Of a stretch of 64,000 nt of DNA, positions 28,919 to 39,868 are shown one piece after another; position 1 is the stretch's first letter; each line of letters opens with the position of its first letter. The notes below the pieces were generated by a model that was not told the DNA's origin, made no database searches, and was given only the letters and a program-made list of their open reading frames with translations. The translations under genes were made by a program, and so were the position numbers. This DNA is from a virus: the IMG/VR virus record IMGVR_UViG_3300028840_003168; one strand, 5' to 3'.

Positions 28919-31822
28919 ATGCTCGTTGATCTAAGACAGATTGAGGATGTTCAACGAAAGTTTACCGAACTTGGTCAAGCTATTTCCGAGATGACTGACA
29001 GAAGTGACGATCTGTTTCAGGAGACTCTTGGATCTTTTGAAGAGTACAAGGAAGTCGTTCTGACTTTTGTTTCTGGCGGTACTTTGGAGTCCTTGAAAGG
29101 GACAGCGGATGAGGTGGACCGCCAGCAGTTTGGGTTGGCTGGCGTTTATTCTGAGTTGTCTTCCGGCTCGAAGGAAGCATTTCGGGATTTTTCTGAAACC
29201 ATGCAGGAGGGCCAGAAATGGTTCGATGGTGTGGGTGACGTAAGCAAAAAGGTTTCTAAGTCTGCGGCCAAACTTGAAGTATCGAAAGCAGGTAAGCAGG
29301 CCAAGATGGAATCCCGCGGAGAGGTAGCTAAAGGGAAGCCTAAAGAAGCCGGGAAGGACTCTTTGGCGACTCAGGAGATGAAAAGCCTCAAGTCCCAGGT
29401 TGGTGGAATGCTGACCAGGTTGAAGCTTCCGGTACCTGGTAAGATTCTTGCCGGTAGCCTGGTTTGGATGGCCTTCGGGTTTCAGAGGGAGGATCGTCTA
29501 CGCGCTCAGGCTGGGGAGGTCATAAACACAGTCGTTACGATGTACGATGGTGGCGTCAAGAGAATGGTCAACCAGGCCACTGAGTATATTGCTGGGTTAC
29601 AGGAGAAGCTCCAACTTTCATATGGGATTGCTCGAAGTGAGACTCAAGGAGTTCTTAAAGCTTTTGCTGAAGGTGGGTTATCCGCGGAATCCGCTATCGA
29701 CAAAGTAGACAAGTCTCTCGGTATGGTGGGTGAGTCCAATGTGGCGTTCGCTCTTGCTATTGACAAGATGCAGGAGCTGGCTGGGGGTACTTCTGCCCAG
29801 CGAATGGTTTCCTATATGGCGGACTACGGGAAGACGCTTGAGGAGGCGCGGGAGACCACAGGACAGCTTATAGCGGCTGGTAGAGAAAGCGGAATAGGTA
29901 CTATGCAGTTTGTGAAGAATATTGAGACTGCTGCCGGTACGCTGAAACAATTCGGGTTCGATATTGATGAAGTGATAGATCTTTCCAGGAACCTCCAGGG
30001 GATGTTTGAGAAGATGGGTGTTCCGAAACAGTTTGCCGGTCGGCAGGCGGCTCTCGGGTTGATGCAGATGGCATCCAGTATCGCAGGTATGTCAAACGAG
30101 TGGAAGATGATGGTGTCGGAGAAGATGTACTCCAAGGAGGGTCTTAAAGGTATCGAGGCCATCCAGAAGATGGAGGAGGGTTTTGTTAAGATCGCCAAGG
30201 GGCAGAATAAGGACGAGTGGTTCGAGGTTATAAAATCTCTTCGGGAGATAGCCATGACTGCGGCCCAGGGGGATGAGACTCTAGCCAAGCATATTCTCAG
30301 AAAAGGTCTCGGCATTCCGGTAGAAGGTGTGAACGCTATAGTAAAGATCGGGGAGTCCCTTGAGTCCGGTTCGTTCAAGCAGGCTGGAGATCTCTTGAAG
30401 AACCATATGAGCACTCTTCAAAATTCGTTTCTTACCGAACGCCAACGTACCTCAAAATGGCAGCTCCATATGAATGAGTGGATGGACACCGTTGCGAAGC
30501 TCGGTCAGGGGATGCTTTCGGTGACTGTGAATATTTTAGCTACTTTGGTTGCGTTGACTCGGGCGCTTCCTCAGATGCTTATCAACTGGTGGAACGAAGA
30601 TAAGGCTGCAAATTACAGGATTGCCGATACCATCAAAGGCTTCACAGACGGTATGTCTGACAGCATGTCGAACATCGGGCGCGACCTTTTGGACTTGGCC
30701 TCAAAGGGCAAGGAAATGGGGATGGATGTTCTTGGGCCTGCTGCTCGGAATCTTGTAAAAGCTTCCAGTTTTGATCCGATGTCCACCGGTCCTGGGCCGT
30801 CTGCTCGTGGTCTTGGCGGGACGGAGCGAGGTAACATCCAACGTCAGTTTGAGACGCCTACGGGGACTACGCAGGTTCGGGTGGTTACGGTACCTGTACA
30901 GGTTGGCGGTGAGGGTGGAGCCTATGAAGTTCCTGTTGCTGAGATGTACGCTGGCGGTGAGGGTGGCGACGTTCGGCTCTCCGGGGAGACCGAGCAATGG
31001 GTTGGGGGCCAGCTGTCTTTTGTCACTACTGAAGTTGATCAGATGGGTAATATCGGCATCAGTCTTCAGGGTAACTGCCCTTCTTGCGGGTTGATTTACG
31101 GTGATGTTTCGATGACCACGGAAGGTGTTCAGGGAAGTTCAGTGTTCAGTACGCAGGATGAGGAGACTCTGGCCAGAATGTTGCGGAGTGAGATGGGAAC
31201 AGATGCGTTCGTGGGCGCACGAAAGACTGAAGCTGTAGGTATCGCGCATACCGTACTTAACAGAATGAAGTCAGGCCGAAAGAAATACGCAGGGAAGTCT
31301 CTTCATGATGTTGTGACCGGAGGTCATGGTTACGGAGAGCAGGTGGGTAGTTACAGACCTTATGCCACGGCAAGAAAAGCGACACCGGCAACCAGGAAAC
31401 TGGCAAGGGAGATCTTATCTGGCCGTCATGCTGATCCGACAGGCGGGGCGACTCAATTTTATCATTCTACTGGTGGTAAGGGTTATGGCAAGAAGGGTAG
31501 TGCGCCGAGTGAGCGCACGGTTATGCCGAAGTTCACCAGGGAGAGCGCCAACACCTTTAATATAAACAATGCGTCCTTTTGGGGCTCTACCAGAAGCACT
31601 ACTCAGAGGGCTGAGAACGCAGATGCCTGGAGAAAAAAGGAACACGAAAAGTATGCTGCTCGTAGAGGGTTCGATCCAAAAAGCCAGTTAAAAACTTATG
31701 AGCCCGGTGGTGGTTTGGATTTTGGCGTGGCGCAACAGCAGCCGCCACCAATGTTAGCCCGTCCTTCAGAAGGTCCTGAATCAGGACTTGACTGGCTGAC
31801 TGGTGGGGAGGTTACAGGATGA
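28919..31822 (+). CDS. Tape measure protein 2 with C-terminal SleB/Hydrolase_2 cell-wall hydrolase domain
   Basis: Paralogous to TMP1; DEETLARMLRSE...IAHTVLNR...DPTGGATQFYH. Confidence 0.8.
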   Translation: MLVDLRQIEDVQRKFTELGQAISEMTDRSDDLFQETLGSFEEYKEVVLTFVSGGTLESLKGTADEVDRQQFGLAGVYSELSSGSKEAFRDFSETMQEGQKWFDGVGDVSKKVSKSAAKLEVSKAGKQAKMESRGEVAKGKPKEAGKDSLATQEMKSLKSQVGGMLTRLKLPVPGKILAGSLVWMAFGFQREDRLRAQAGEVINTVVTMYDGGVKRMVNQATEYIAGLQEKLQLSYGIARSETQGVLKAFAEGGLSAESAIDKVDKSLGMVGESNVAFALAIDKMQELAGGTSAQRMVSYMADYGKTLEEARETTGQLIAAGRESGIGTMQFVKNIETAAGTLKQFGFDIDEVIDLSRNLQGMFEKMGVPKQFAGRQAALGLMQMASSIAGMSNEWKMMVSEKMYSKEGLKGIEAIQKMEEGFVKIAKGQNKDEWFEVIKSLREIAMTAAQGDETLAKHILRKGLGIPVEGVNAIVKIGESLESGSFKQAGDLLKNHMSTLQNSFLTERQRTSKWQLHMNEWMDTVAKLGQGMLSVTVNILATLVALTRALPQMLINWWNEDKAANYRIADTIKGFTDGMSDSMSNIGRDLLDLASKGKEMGMDVLGPAARNLVKASSFDPMSTGPGPSARGLGGTERGNIQRQFETPTGTTQVRVVTVPVQVGGEGGAYEVPVAEMYAGGEGGDVRLSGETEQWVGGQLSFVTTEVDQMGNIGISLQGNCPSCGLIYGDVSMTTEGVQGSSVFSTQDEETLARMLRSEMGTDAFVGARKTEAVGIAHTVLNRMKSGRKKYAGKSLHDVVTGGHGYGEQVGSYRPYATARKATPATRKLAREILSGRHADPTGGATQFYHSTGGKGYGKKGSAPSERTVMPKFTRESANTFNINNASFWGSTRSTTQRAENADAWRKKEHEKYAARRGFDPKSQLKTYEPGGGLDFGVAQQQPPPMLARPSEGPESGLDWLTGGEVTG

Positions 31823-32610
31823 CAGATGTATCAAGACTTTATAACGCTTCGTCGAGTATACCGGATTACGCGGAGTATTTTGACAGGGCTCTTTCACCTT
31901 TTGAATCCATTGGATTGCGGGTACCGTTCTATCTGACCTCCTCGTTGAGGAAGAGTCAGAAGCAGAAGGGAGTCTCCCTGGCGGTTAATCCTAATAACGT
32001 GTCTTTCAGGTCCACGAAGAGGATCACCAAGAAGGATACCCAGGGCGGTAGTGTTTTTGTTCATTGGACGAATCGTCTGGGTCGGAACAACGACATTCTT
32101 CAGATCGAGTTCACAGGTCAGACCGGAAACCTGAATCTGAGACGCGGTGGTTACAAGAAGGGCAATCCTATAAACGAGTTGGCCGGTAGGATCTACAAGG
32201 GGGTGGATTGGTTGAAGGAGAAACAGGCCGAGGCGGAAGCCGGTGGTTTGGCAGTCGGTATCGAGCAGGCTGGTTCTGCTAAGAAGATGGCCGGTGCGTA
32301 CAAGCTGGCCAATTTTCACAATCTGCATTCGTTGACCAGAGAGCCTGTGAGAGACCCTTTGAGTGGGGCGCCTGTGTACTACTATATTGTGTACAGCTCT
32401 CCTTTGTTCGGGAATACGATGGTGACTTTCATCGGCCACTTTGACCGGCCACTTGAGTTCACGGATTCCGCGGACCCTTCGCCGTTCAATGCTCAGTACT
32501 CTTTCGGGTTCACTGCTCAGAATTCATATCCCAGTTTTGATCTGCTGTATCCGGTTATTCTGGCAAATTTAGGGCGCGAGTTTATGAATGACTTGGAGGA
32601 TGATCGATGA
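31819..32610 (+). CDS. Baseplate tube-initiator-like protein
   Basis: VNPNNVSF...TQGGSVFVHW...IEFTGQTG...FIGHF; position after the TMPs. Confidence 0.6.
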   Translation: MTDVSRLYNASSSIPDYAEYFDRALSPFESIGLRVPFYLTSSLRKSQKQKGVSLAVNPNNVSFRSTKRITKKDTQGGSVFVHWTNRLGRNNDILQIEFTGQTGNLNLRRGGYKKGNPINELAGRIYKGVDWLKEKQAEAEAGGLAVGIEQAGSAKKMAGAYKLANFHNLHSLTREPVRDPLSGAPVYYYIVYSSPLFGNTMVTFIGHFDRPLEFTDSADPSPFNAQYSFGFTAQNSYPSFDLLYPVILANLGREFMNDLEDDR

Positions 32611-35162
32611 CGGAGAGGAGTCCACTCGGTTCCCAGTACCTCGAAGAAGATGTACTTTCTAGTGGTACTATTTACCGGCCAGCTTTCCCGGCATACCGTG
32701 TGTTCATTTACGGCCAGGAAGTGACGGACGATGTTACGGCAGTTCGGGTGAATCAGTCTGGCGGTAGTGCTGAGAGGACCGCAGGTTCGTGTACGATTAC
32801 GATGAACAACCATGATGACCGTTATGTCATCACGCATGAGGATATGTATGAGATTGGTAAGATTGCCAGGGCGTTGAATCCGAATCAGGACGGGGAGCTG
32901 CTTGCCGATGAGTATGATTCTTTGAACGAGTTTCAGTATCTAAATAAGGACATGTTCGCAACACTCGCGTCTGATCCTGCGCTGGGTATTCCGGGCACTG
33001 GAGTTTACTCCGAGGATGAGGAGCTGTTGAAAAGGTTGCGGGACTACAAAGAGGAGCAGCATACCAAGTTTGCTTTTGCTTATGATGCTCAGACTCCATG
33101 GAACGAGATTAAAAAAGCGGTTTTAGCGGACAAGCTTTCTTATGTTAGTAAAGTCAACAAAACCAGAGATGAGAGTGTTCTGAACCAGCAGGAGCAGCGG
33201 GATATCCACGATTACCAGTACCAGGAAGGTGCCTGTATCTTTCACTCGAACGATCCTGTCAGGGTTGCTTTTAGAGATCCTTATGATTCCAGAATTTGGT
33301 ACTGGATGTTTGCCGGGTTTGTGGATAGTTGTACCGAAGACGAGGATGTCAACAGGGATTCAAATATCACTATAACCTGTACCGATGTATCCAAGATGGC
33401 GCGATACGCACTCATACAGCTAAGTACGGGTTTCATGGACCCGAATCTTGCCGATTCGGTTAGGCAGTCCCTTGCCAATGTGGCGTCTACCGGATACGTT
33501 CCGTTTCAATCAATTTTTCAGGGTTTTGATATTTTTGAGGTGCTTGAGACCATATTTTTTGGTTCAGCGTCCACTCGCAAGGCCATTACTGAGACCAATT
33601 TGGCGCAGATTTCCTCGATGAATCTGGAGGATATGCGGAATTATATGATTGAGGTAATGGACAAGACCGAGGCTGAAGTTGATGCAGTGATGGAGACGGA
33701 CTCTTCTTTGAACTTTGAGTTGTTCCCGACTCTTACGGATGCCTCGTACAAGACAGTTACAACTATGATTCAGGAGTTCAAGCAGGCCTCGAAACAAGTT
33801 GTTCTGGATCGGGTTGACCAATTGGGACTCCCTGCGGTTACCAGTCCGCGGAATGTTGCGTTCAAGCGCAAGGATCAGAAGATTGGTCTGCATTATTATT
33901 ATTTCCAGTATGACGATGTTGAGGCTGAATCTCGTGAGAAAATTAGAGGAGAGGGTATTCGTGATCTGAATCAGTGGAATGAGATACTGCATCATCGGGT
34001 AAAGCAAGATGACCTAGACACGATGCTTGCTCTTTATGGGGATATCGCAGAGGACGTGCTTGAACAGATCAAGACGAGCCCTGCGCTTGTGAAAACGGAC
34101 AGCATAATTACCATGATCGGAACGGATATCATGAACTTTCCGGTCGGTGGTGGGCGCGTGTTTTTCCTTACCCCAGCGACATTGAACACTAATTTGGGGG
34201 ATGTATTCGAGCGTGGTTTTGGTGATCTTAGTTCGATGCACAGCCATTTCAAAGATAGGCTGACCTACATCTACGACATGGCAGAGCGCCTGGATTTCAG
34301 GTTTTACGCTACGCCTAGAGGTGACCTTGTGTTTGAGATGCCGTTTTATGATTTCAATCCTCGTGACTTTACTGGGGAGAAGTACGGGATCGCACCACAT
34401 AGCGACGTAGACCAGACAACCCTTCCCGCATACAACGATTTGTTCAACAAAGCGTATGACGGAGCCTACGATGTTGAGGAGGTCAAGAAGTTAACCAGTG
34501 TGGTTTTTGAGACTGCTGTGAAGGACGCGGATCTCATGATCAGAGACTGGGACCAGGAAGCTGAGTTTGATTGGGGGCGTGCTTTCACTATTGAAGAACA
34601 CGAGCAGCTTGGCTTCAGCAACACGTCTACCGACGAGGGGGTCGTGACTGTCTATCGGGCCAAGGGTAATTTCTTCAAGAATTTGCCCAATCCGTTCGAG
34701 CCCAAATTCCAAATTGTAACTGCTCCTGAGCTTATACCTACTTTGGGCGGTCGTCCCTATGATGGAGGGACTGCCGGGTTTTTGGAGGGGGACGCCGCGG
34801 CTGAAGTTTTTGCTGCGGTACAGCTTAATCGGTTGAACGCCGAAGCCAGAAACATAGGTGTCCCTATTGTGGCTAATTTCGGGCTTATGACTAATCGTCC
34901 TCTCTTTTGGAGGGCGAAGAACTACAATGCCAATATAGTGAGTATGCAGCACAGCATTGTGTGGAACTCCAGTCTGGACACGACCGTGAATTTGAACCAA
35001 GTGCGTGGGTGGTCCGGTGAATATGATAGTGATGGCCAGCCGGTGTACAAACATTTTGGCGGTGATCGGGCTTTTAATTTAGCTAATATTTTGAAGACAG
35101 AAAAGGGTGAGGGGCAGAAATACCGAAAAGAACCCGGTAAAGAACAGGCTCCGAAGAGATAA
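32607..35162 (+). CDS. Baseplate hub protein (gp27/gpD-like)
   Basis: FAGFVDS, ITITCTD and FRFYATPRGDLVF motifs; position. Confidence 0.7.
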   Translation: MTERSPLGSQYLEEDVLSSGTIYRPAFPAYRVFIYGQEVTDDVTAVRVNQSGGSAERTAGSCTITMNNHDDRYVITHEDMYEIGKIARALNPNQDGELLADEYDSLNEFQYLNKDMFATLASDPALGIPGTGVYSEDEELLKRLRDYKEEQHTKFAFAYDAQTPWNEIKKAVLADKLSYVSKVNKTRDESVLNQQEQRDIHDYQYQEGACIFHSNDPVRVAFRDPYDSRIWYWMFAGFVDSCTEDEDVNRDSNITITCTDVSKMARYALIQLSTGFMDPNLADSVRQSLANVASTGYVPFQSIFQGFDIFEVLETIFFGSASTRKAITETNLAQISSMNLEDMRNYMIEVMDKTEAEVDAVMETDSSLNFELFPTLTDASYKTVTTMIQEFKQASKQVVLDRVDQLGLPAVTSPRNVAFKRKDQKIGLHYYYFQYDDVEAESREKIRGEGIRDLNQWNEILHHRVKQDDLDTMLALYGDIAEDVLEQIKTSPALVKTDSIITMIGTDIMNFPVGGGRVFFLTPATLNTNLGDVFERGFGDLSSMHSHFKDRLTYIYDMAERLDFRFYATPRGDLVFEMPFYDFNPRDFTGEKYGIAPHSDVDQTTLPAYNDLFNKAYDGAYDVEEVKKLTSVVFETAVKDADLMIRDWDQEAEFDWGRAFTIEEHEQLGFSNTSTDEGVVTVYRAKGNFFKNLPNPFEPKFQIVTAPELIPTLGGRPYDGGTAGFLEGDAAAEVFAAVQLNRLNAEARNIGVPIVANFGLMTNRPLFWRAKNYNANIVSMQHSIVWNSSLDTTVNLNQVRGWSGEYDSDGQPVYKHFGGDRAFNLANILKTEKGEGQKYRKEPGKEQAPKR

Positions 35163-35164
35163 CT

Positions 35165-36460
35165 ATGGGTGGTCGTATTATAAAAGCCAATGCAAACTCC
35201 TTCAACGAAAGGCAGGAGAAGGAGGATGATTTCCTCAACCGCGTCCATCGTGCGGTGGTGACGGATGTTTTTGTTAATGAAGGTACGGCGAATGTTCTTT
35301 TCGAGCGTTTGCCTTACAACAGGAAAGTTACCTGGCCGCTGGTGGGTCTTTCAGTCCCTTCTTCTGCTGTAGGTTCTGATGTTAGCGCCACCCAATCTTC
35401 CTGGGGCCGCTACGTTCCTCAGAAGGGCGATATTATGCTTATCGCTTTCGGGAATGACGGGATCGCCTACGCCATTGGCTATCACGATATTGCTTATGGG
35501 AAGATGGATCAGCTGGACGAGGAGTATGAGTCTCGTGGAGGTATTGGCTGGGGTGATTCTTCCGGGCGCCCTACACTTAAACCCGGTGATTGGGATTTTA
35601 AGTCTTCCAGGAACTCGAAACTATATTTGGGCGCCCTTGCGAAGCTGTCCAGCGGCCCTCACAGCGTTGTTCTGGACAAACCCAATGGAAACATCACGAT
35701 TGCCTCTACCCTCCTTCACGGACGCTACGGGGAGGCCTCAGAGCTGCGGAGAGGTGGTGCTCGACGCAGGAAGCTGGCTTCTGATACCAGCGAGACCGAG
35801 ATTTACAGTGCCCGTGGTCCCACGAGTGTGGCTCAAGAGGTCAATGATTCTGTTAAGTTTGGAACAGGTATTCCAGGTGGAACGGAGATAGCTCGGGAGG
35901 CCCTTGGAGATGTGATTGATGAAGCCTTAGTTATGCCCATGCAGGGAGAAGCCGGTCAGTACGTCAGGAAGCTCCTCCAGCTCAAGGATCTGGCCGGAGC
36001 CTTGGATGTGTACCTAGAGAAGATAGACACGGCTGGGAACGCCGTGACAGAGGCTCAGACGGCAACCTTATTTTCCTGGGACACTCCTTTAGCGGCCTGG
36101 GAGGTGTCGAACCTCAGTACCAAGATTGAGTCCTCCACCTCCTGGGAGGTGTCCGCAGCCACTGTGAGCCTGTCGGCTACCGGTACAATGGACTTGGAAG
36201 CTACCGGGAATCTCTCTCTTTCGTCTGATGTCCAGGCCACACTGGATGCGGTGTTGGTGAAGTTGGGAGAGGCTGCCGCAGAACCTGTGGTGAAGGGTCA
36301 GACTTTTCTAGCTGCTTTACAGGTACTTCTTACTCAGATGTTGCTTGACTGGACTCTTTTGGCAGGCAGCATTGGTATTGGTACCAACTCGATGGCTGCA
36401 ATACCTGTTTTTCTCGGTCAGCTTGAAACTTTCAAGTCGGTGAAGGTGAAAACGGAATGA
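35165..36460 (+). CDS. Baseplate central spike (gp5/gpV-like)
   Basis: N-terminal OB fold (PQKGD..LIAF), beta-repeat region, and AEPVVKG motif. Confidence 0.7.
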   Translation: MGGRIIKANANSFNERQEKEDDFLNRVHRAVVTDVFVNEGTANVLFERLPYNRKVTWPLVGLSVPSSAVGSDVSATQSSWGRYVPQKGDIMLIAFGNDGIAYAIGYHDIAYGKMDQLDEEYESRGGIGWGDSSGRPTLKPGDWDFKSSRNSKLYLGALAKLSSGPHSVVLDKPNGNITIASTLLHGRYGEASELRRGGARRRKLASDTSETEIYSARGPTSVAQEVNDSVKFGTGIPGGTEIAREALGDVIDEALVMPMQGEAGQYVRKLLQLKDLAGALDVYLEKIDTAGNAVTEAQTATLFSWDTPLAAWEVSNLSTKIESSTSWEVSAATVSLSATGTMDLEATGNLSLSSDVQATLDAVLVKLGEAAAEPVVKGQTFLAALQVLLTQMLLDWTLLAGSIGIGTNSMAAIPVFLGQLETFKSVKVKTE

Positions 36461-36510
36461 ACTTTAGAGGACACAGAGAGTGCATGGTATCCTGTGGCAG
36501 GAGGTTTTAG

Positions 36511-37008
36511 GTGGCGACACCGACAAATATTCTGGCGACCTGTACGCTTAGGTGGATTTACGAGCAGGCTTCTGCCGTTCTGAAGCTCTTGAAGGCGTTC
36601 ATCCTGGCTTTTATTGCCTATATCGATTTGCAGATCGCTTTTCTCCGGGCACAGGCTGCTCAATGGGATTTGTTATCTAAGGCAGAGCAGGTTGCTTGGG
36701 AGCAGTTTGAGGAGATTCTGAATACCATCAAGGACGAGATGCAGGCGCTTCCTCAAGGCCCGTTGCCTGAGATTTGTCCAGAGTTTTACAGAGAACTTGT
36801 GGAACCAACCAAAGAGCTTTATGAGGCAACTATTACAGGCCTCACGTATTTTAGAGAAAGCAACAAGGACATGCTGTCCTATATGGATGAGCTGGAGCAG
36901 GCGATTGCTTACTGGGAGGCTACCAAGGCTTTGATGGTGGCTACACTCACTGTAATAGATGACGCCTTGTACGCAGCCTTGATGCGCGAAGCGGAGGATG
37001 TTCCGTAA
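36511..37008 (+). CDS. Helical hypothetical protein in baseplate cluster
   Basis: AGGAGG RBS; coupled to the next gene. Confidence 0.55.
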   Translation: MATPTNILATCTLRWIYEQASAVLKLLKAFILAFIAYIDLQIAFLRAQAAQWDLLSKAEQVAWEQFEEILNTIKDEMQALPQGPLPEICPEFYRELVEPTKELYEATITGLTYFRESNKDMLSYMDELEQAIAYWEATKALMVATLTVIDDALYAALMREAEDVP

Positions 37009-37448
37009 TGGCATGGACCCACAAAATAGAGAACGGGGATCTGGTCAGGAATCGGGCGACGGGACAGTATGCCCGGTTGGAGGGCAAGGCCAAAGTAGAG
37101 CAAGACGTGGTCAACACCATGTCCACAAATGTGCGTAGATCGACCGGTCTGGGAGCCGGTCTTGATGAGGCGGTGGGCGAGGACCAGAAAGACCCGGTTT
37201 CCGCGTATTCGTTTGTTCCACTTTTATTCGATTTCCAGACCCTGGTAAGTAGCGGAATGGAACGGTTGCGGAGGGCTCAAAGGGCCAAACAGTTCAGTCA
37301 GCGGACGGCTACTGAGCTTATTTACGATTTTTCACCTGTTCAGCTTTGGCCTGATTTGGAGGATACTCGGAATGTCAGGTGGAAGATCAATGTGAACACG
37401 GTTGACGGACGGGCCAGCTTCACTAAAAGCGGAACGTTTAGGAGTTAG
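37008..37448 (+). CDS. Baseplate wedge/sheath initiator (gp25-like)
   Basis: 146 aa; NGDL...G..KVEQD pattern; directly before baseplate J. Confidence 0.65.
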   Translation: MAWTHKIENGDLVRNRATGQYARLEGKAKVEQDVVNTMSTNVRRSTGLGAGLDEAVGEDQKDPVSAYSFVPLLFDFQTLVSSGMERLRRAQRAKQFSQRTATELIYDFSPVQLWPDLEDTRNVRWKINVNTVDGRASFTKSGTFRS

Positions 37449-37451
37449 AAA

Positions 37452-38876
37452 ATGGTTATCAGCAAAGTTACTGCGACCGAGTATTCCACTATGATAGCTT
37501 CCGGGGTGAACCTGCGGGACAAGACGCTCGACACAAATATTGCGGCACACAGGGATATTTTTATTGATCCTGTTGCTGAGGTGTTCGAGGCTCAGAATGA
37601 TCGTATTGTCTATCTTAGTAATCTCACGAGTTTGAGGAATGTGGAAAAGGTAGTACCTGATGATCTTGATAGCATCGCTTTTAACGAAGCGATGGTTCGC
37701 TGGGACGGTTCAAGTTCATTGGCGACCGTTACTTTTTCCAGGGTTCAGATCCCAACTTTCGATATCACGGTACCCGCCAATTTCCCTATTGCTACGTTGG
37801 TTGATCCCGCTACAGGAGTGTCGGTCACTTTCAGAACGGTAGAGACACGCACGTTGTTCTTTGCTTCCCCGGATGCTTATTACAACGCGGAGACGCAGAA
37901 GTACGAGCTTAATGTACTTGTCGCTTCGGTATCCAGCGGCACCGAGACTGAAGTGGGTGCGTACACTATTACTAATCCCCTTCGAGCCCTTTCAGGGTTT
38001 GACGAGGTGGCCAATAAAGCTGCCACTACCTCCGGTCGTGGAACCGAGACTAATGTGGAGCTGTCCAAAAGATATCTTCTCCAGGTGGAGGGGAACAACT
38101 TGGGAACCCCGGCTGGTGCAAAGAAATGGGTTCTGGATAATTTCAGCAGTGCCGAAGATGTGTATGTGGTTTATGGAGAAGATGAGAACCTTACCAGAGA
38201 CCAGACGGATGCTGGCGCTGTGGATATGTGGATTCTTGGTGAGTCTCCGGTAGAACTGACATATACTACAACCTATCCTGGGGTTGAGCAGCTAATAGCC
38301 ACTACCAGGCAGCCTTTAATATCGGTTTCACAGGTATCCACTTCAGGCGGTATCATTTTTGTGGAGGGCACCGATTATGAGGTTGTTACAGGAGAGGGCG
38401 AGTACTCTTACAGCGCACGAGGATCAGATGGTATAAAGTTTCTGGCAGGTGGGAGCGCACCCGCGGCTCTCCAGGACCCCGTGTACATAGTCTATTCCTA
38501 CAACTCACTCATTACCACCCTGGACTCTTTTTTCACGCAACCTGAGTTCTACAGTATGGGTATGGACAAGCTGTTTCGTTGGGCGCAGGCGCAGCAGATC
38601 ACCATTGAAGCCAATCTCAAAGTGAGTGCTGGTAACCCGGACACGGTGAAGGCGAATGTCAGAACCGCCATCTTAACGTATATAAACGGGTTGAAGCTGG
38701 GAGAAAATGTTGAGGAGTTCGATATAGATCGAGAGGTAGGAAAAATTATCGGTGTGGACAACTTTGTGTATGTGACACTAGCGTACCTGGGAGGGACCGG
38801 CGTGAACGATTTACCGATAACTCCGAACATGTATGCACGTTTGAACGAGGCTGATATTGTGGTGAATCTGGTGTAA
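37452..38876 (+). CDS. Baseplate J-like protein
   Basis: A...VTFSR, N..ATTSG..TETN.EL..R, GAVDMWI, and YINGLKLGE motifs. Confidence 0.85.
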   Translation: MVISKVTATEYSTMIASGVNLRDKTLDTNIAAHRDIFIDPVAEVFEAQNDRIVYLSNLTSLRNVEKVVPDDLDSIAFNEAMVRWDGSSSLATVTFSRVQIPTFDITVPANFPIATLVDPATGVSVTFRTVETRTLFFASPDAYYNAETQKYELNVLVASVSSGTETEVGAYTITNPLRALSGFDEVANKAATTSGRGTETNVELSKRYLLQVEGNNLGTPAGAKKWVLDNFSSAEDVYVVYGEDENLTRDQTDAGAVDMWILGESPVELTYTTTYPGVEQLIATTRQPLISVSQVSTSGGIIFVEGTDYEVVTGEGEYSYSARGSDGIKFLAGGSAPAALQDPVYIVYSYNSLITTLDSFFTQPEFYSMGMDKLFRWAQAQQITIEANLKVSAGNPDTVKANVRTAILTYINGLKLGENVEEFDIDREVGKIIGVDNFVYVTLAYLGGTGVNDLPITPNMYARLNEADIVVNLV

Positions 38877-38878
38877 TC

Positions 38879-39868
38879 ATGGCTTTATACAGCACCTTTA
38901 AATACGGGTCGGGGGTCTATTATGGGGTGTCCTCGCATCTTGACGCTATAAGCCCGGATACCGGGCCTTCCACTGGCGGGAATGCTTTTATCATTACCGG
39001 GGCCAATTTAGACCCGCAACAATGGGATGACGATTTTTTGGCTGGTAGCCTGGATTTGGCTAAATGGACTGACATTTCTTCAGGCAGTGGTTCTGTGTCT
39101 ACAGGAGCTGATCATCTTCAGATGGATACCGGGGCGACTCCAGGTTCGGTTGCGGGGATTGAGTCGGTGGCGGGGTGGACTGGTATCCAGGCAGAGGTAC
39201 GAGCTTTTATTCCTGCGGTTACGGAATATCCTGATAGTTCGGCAGATGTGTTTGTGTACCAGCTCAGAATTGATGCAAATAATCATACGGTATTAAAGGT
39301 TACTCGTGGGAATGCCGGTGTTCTTACACTGACCTGCGAATCTACTATTGTCAGCACGGTGGTAGACACTTTCAGCACAACCTGGACTCCGGGTCTCTCC
39401 ACTTTCAAGATTCTTCGTTATGGCGCGATTCTGTACTTCATAGCCAATGGAATTGTAATTCATACTTTTCGTGGATTTTCCGTGCTTCCCGTGTTTGTCA
39501 GGTTGTGGGCCGCGAATGATCCTGCGGTAGCCTATACGGCGTCTCCAACGGTGGAGTTATTCAAGTACCGTACTTTTGTGGTGTTCGGTGATCAGCCAGT
39601 TCATGATGTGACTACCGTGTCCGATTATCGGATACGTGGTTTGGTTGTTCCCAGTGTGGACGAGAGGGGTGTTGAGGCCGCTTATGCCGGTCCTGTGGAT
39701 CTTGCTATAGTGGGTGAGGGCGTTTTGAATGTTCCTGATGCTTATGAGTACTATTATTTAGATAGTCTCAGAGTGATAAACAGCACTCAGTCGGATGTGA
39801 AAATGTCTTTTATCAGCGATGACCAGATAAAGACCAAGACAGATATTAAGAAAGGTGTGGGTCTGTAA
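38879..39868 (+). CDS. Baseplate-associated protein with IPT/TIG-like and lectin-like domains
   Basis: YSTFKYG N-terminus; ISPDTGPSTGG..FIITGANL (TIG start). Confidence 0.55.
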   Translation: MALYSTFKYGSGVYYGVSSHLDAISPDTGPSTGGNAFIITGANLDPQQWDDDFLAGSLDLAKWTDISSGSGSVSTGADHLQMDTGATPGSVAGIESVAGWTGIQAEVRAFIPAVTEYPDSSADVFVYQLRIDANNHTVLKVTRGNAGVLTLTCESTIVSTVVDTFSTTWTPGLSTFKILRYGAILYFIANGIVIHTFRGFSVLPVFVRLWAANDPAVAYTASPTVELFKYRTFVVFGDQPVHDVTTVSDYRIRGLVVPSVDERGVEAAYAGPVDLAIVGEGVLNVPDAYEYYYLDSLRVINSTQSDVKMSFISDDQIKTKTDIKKGVGL

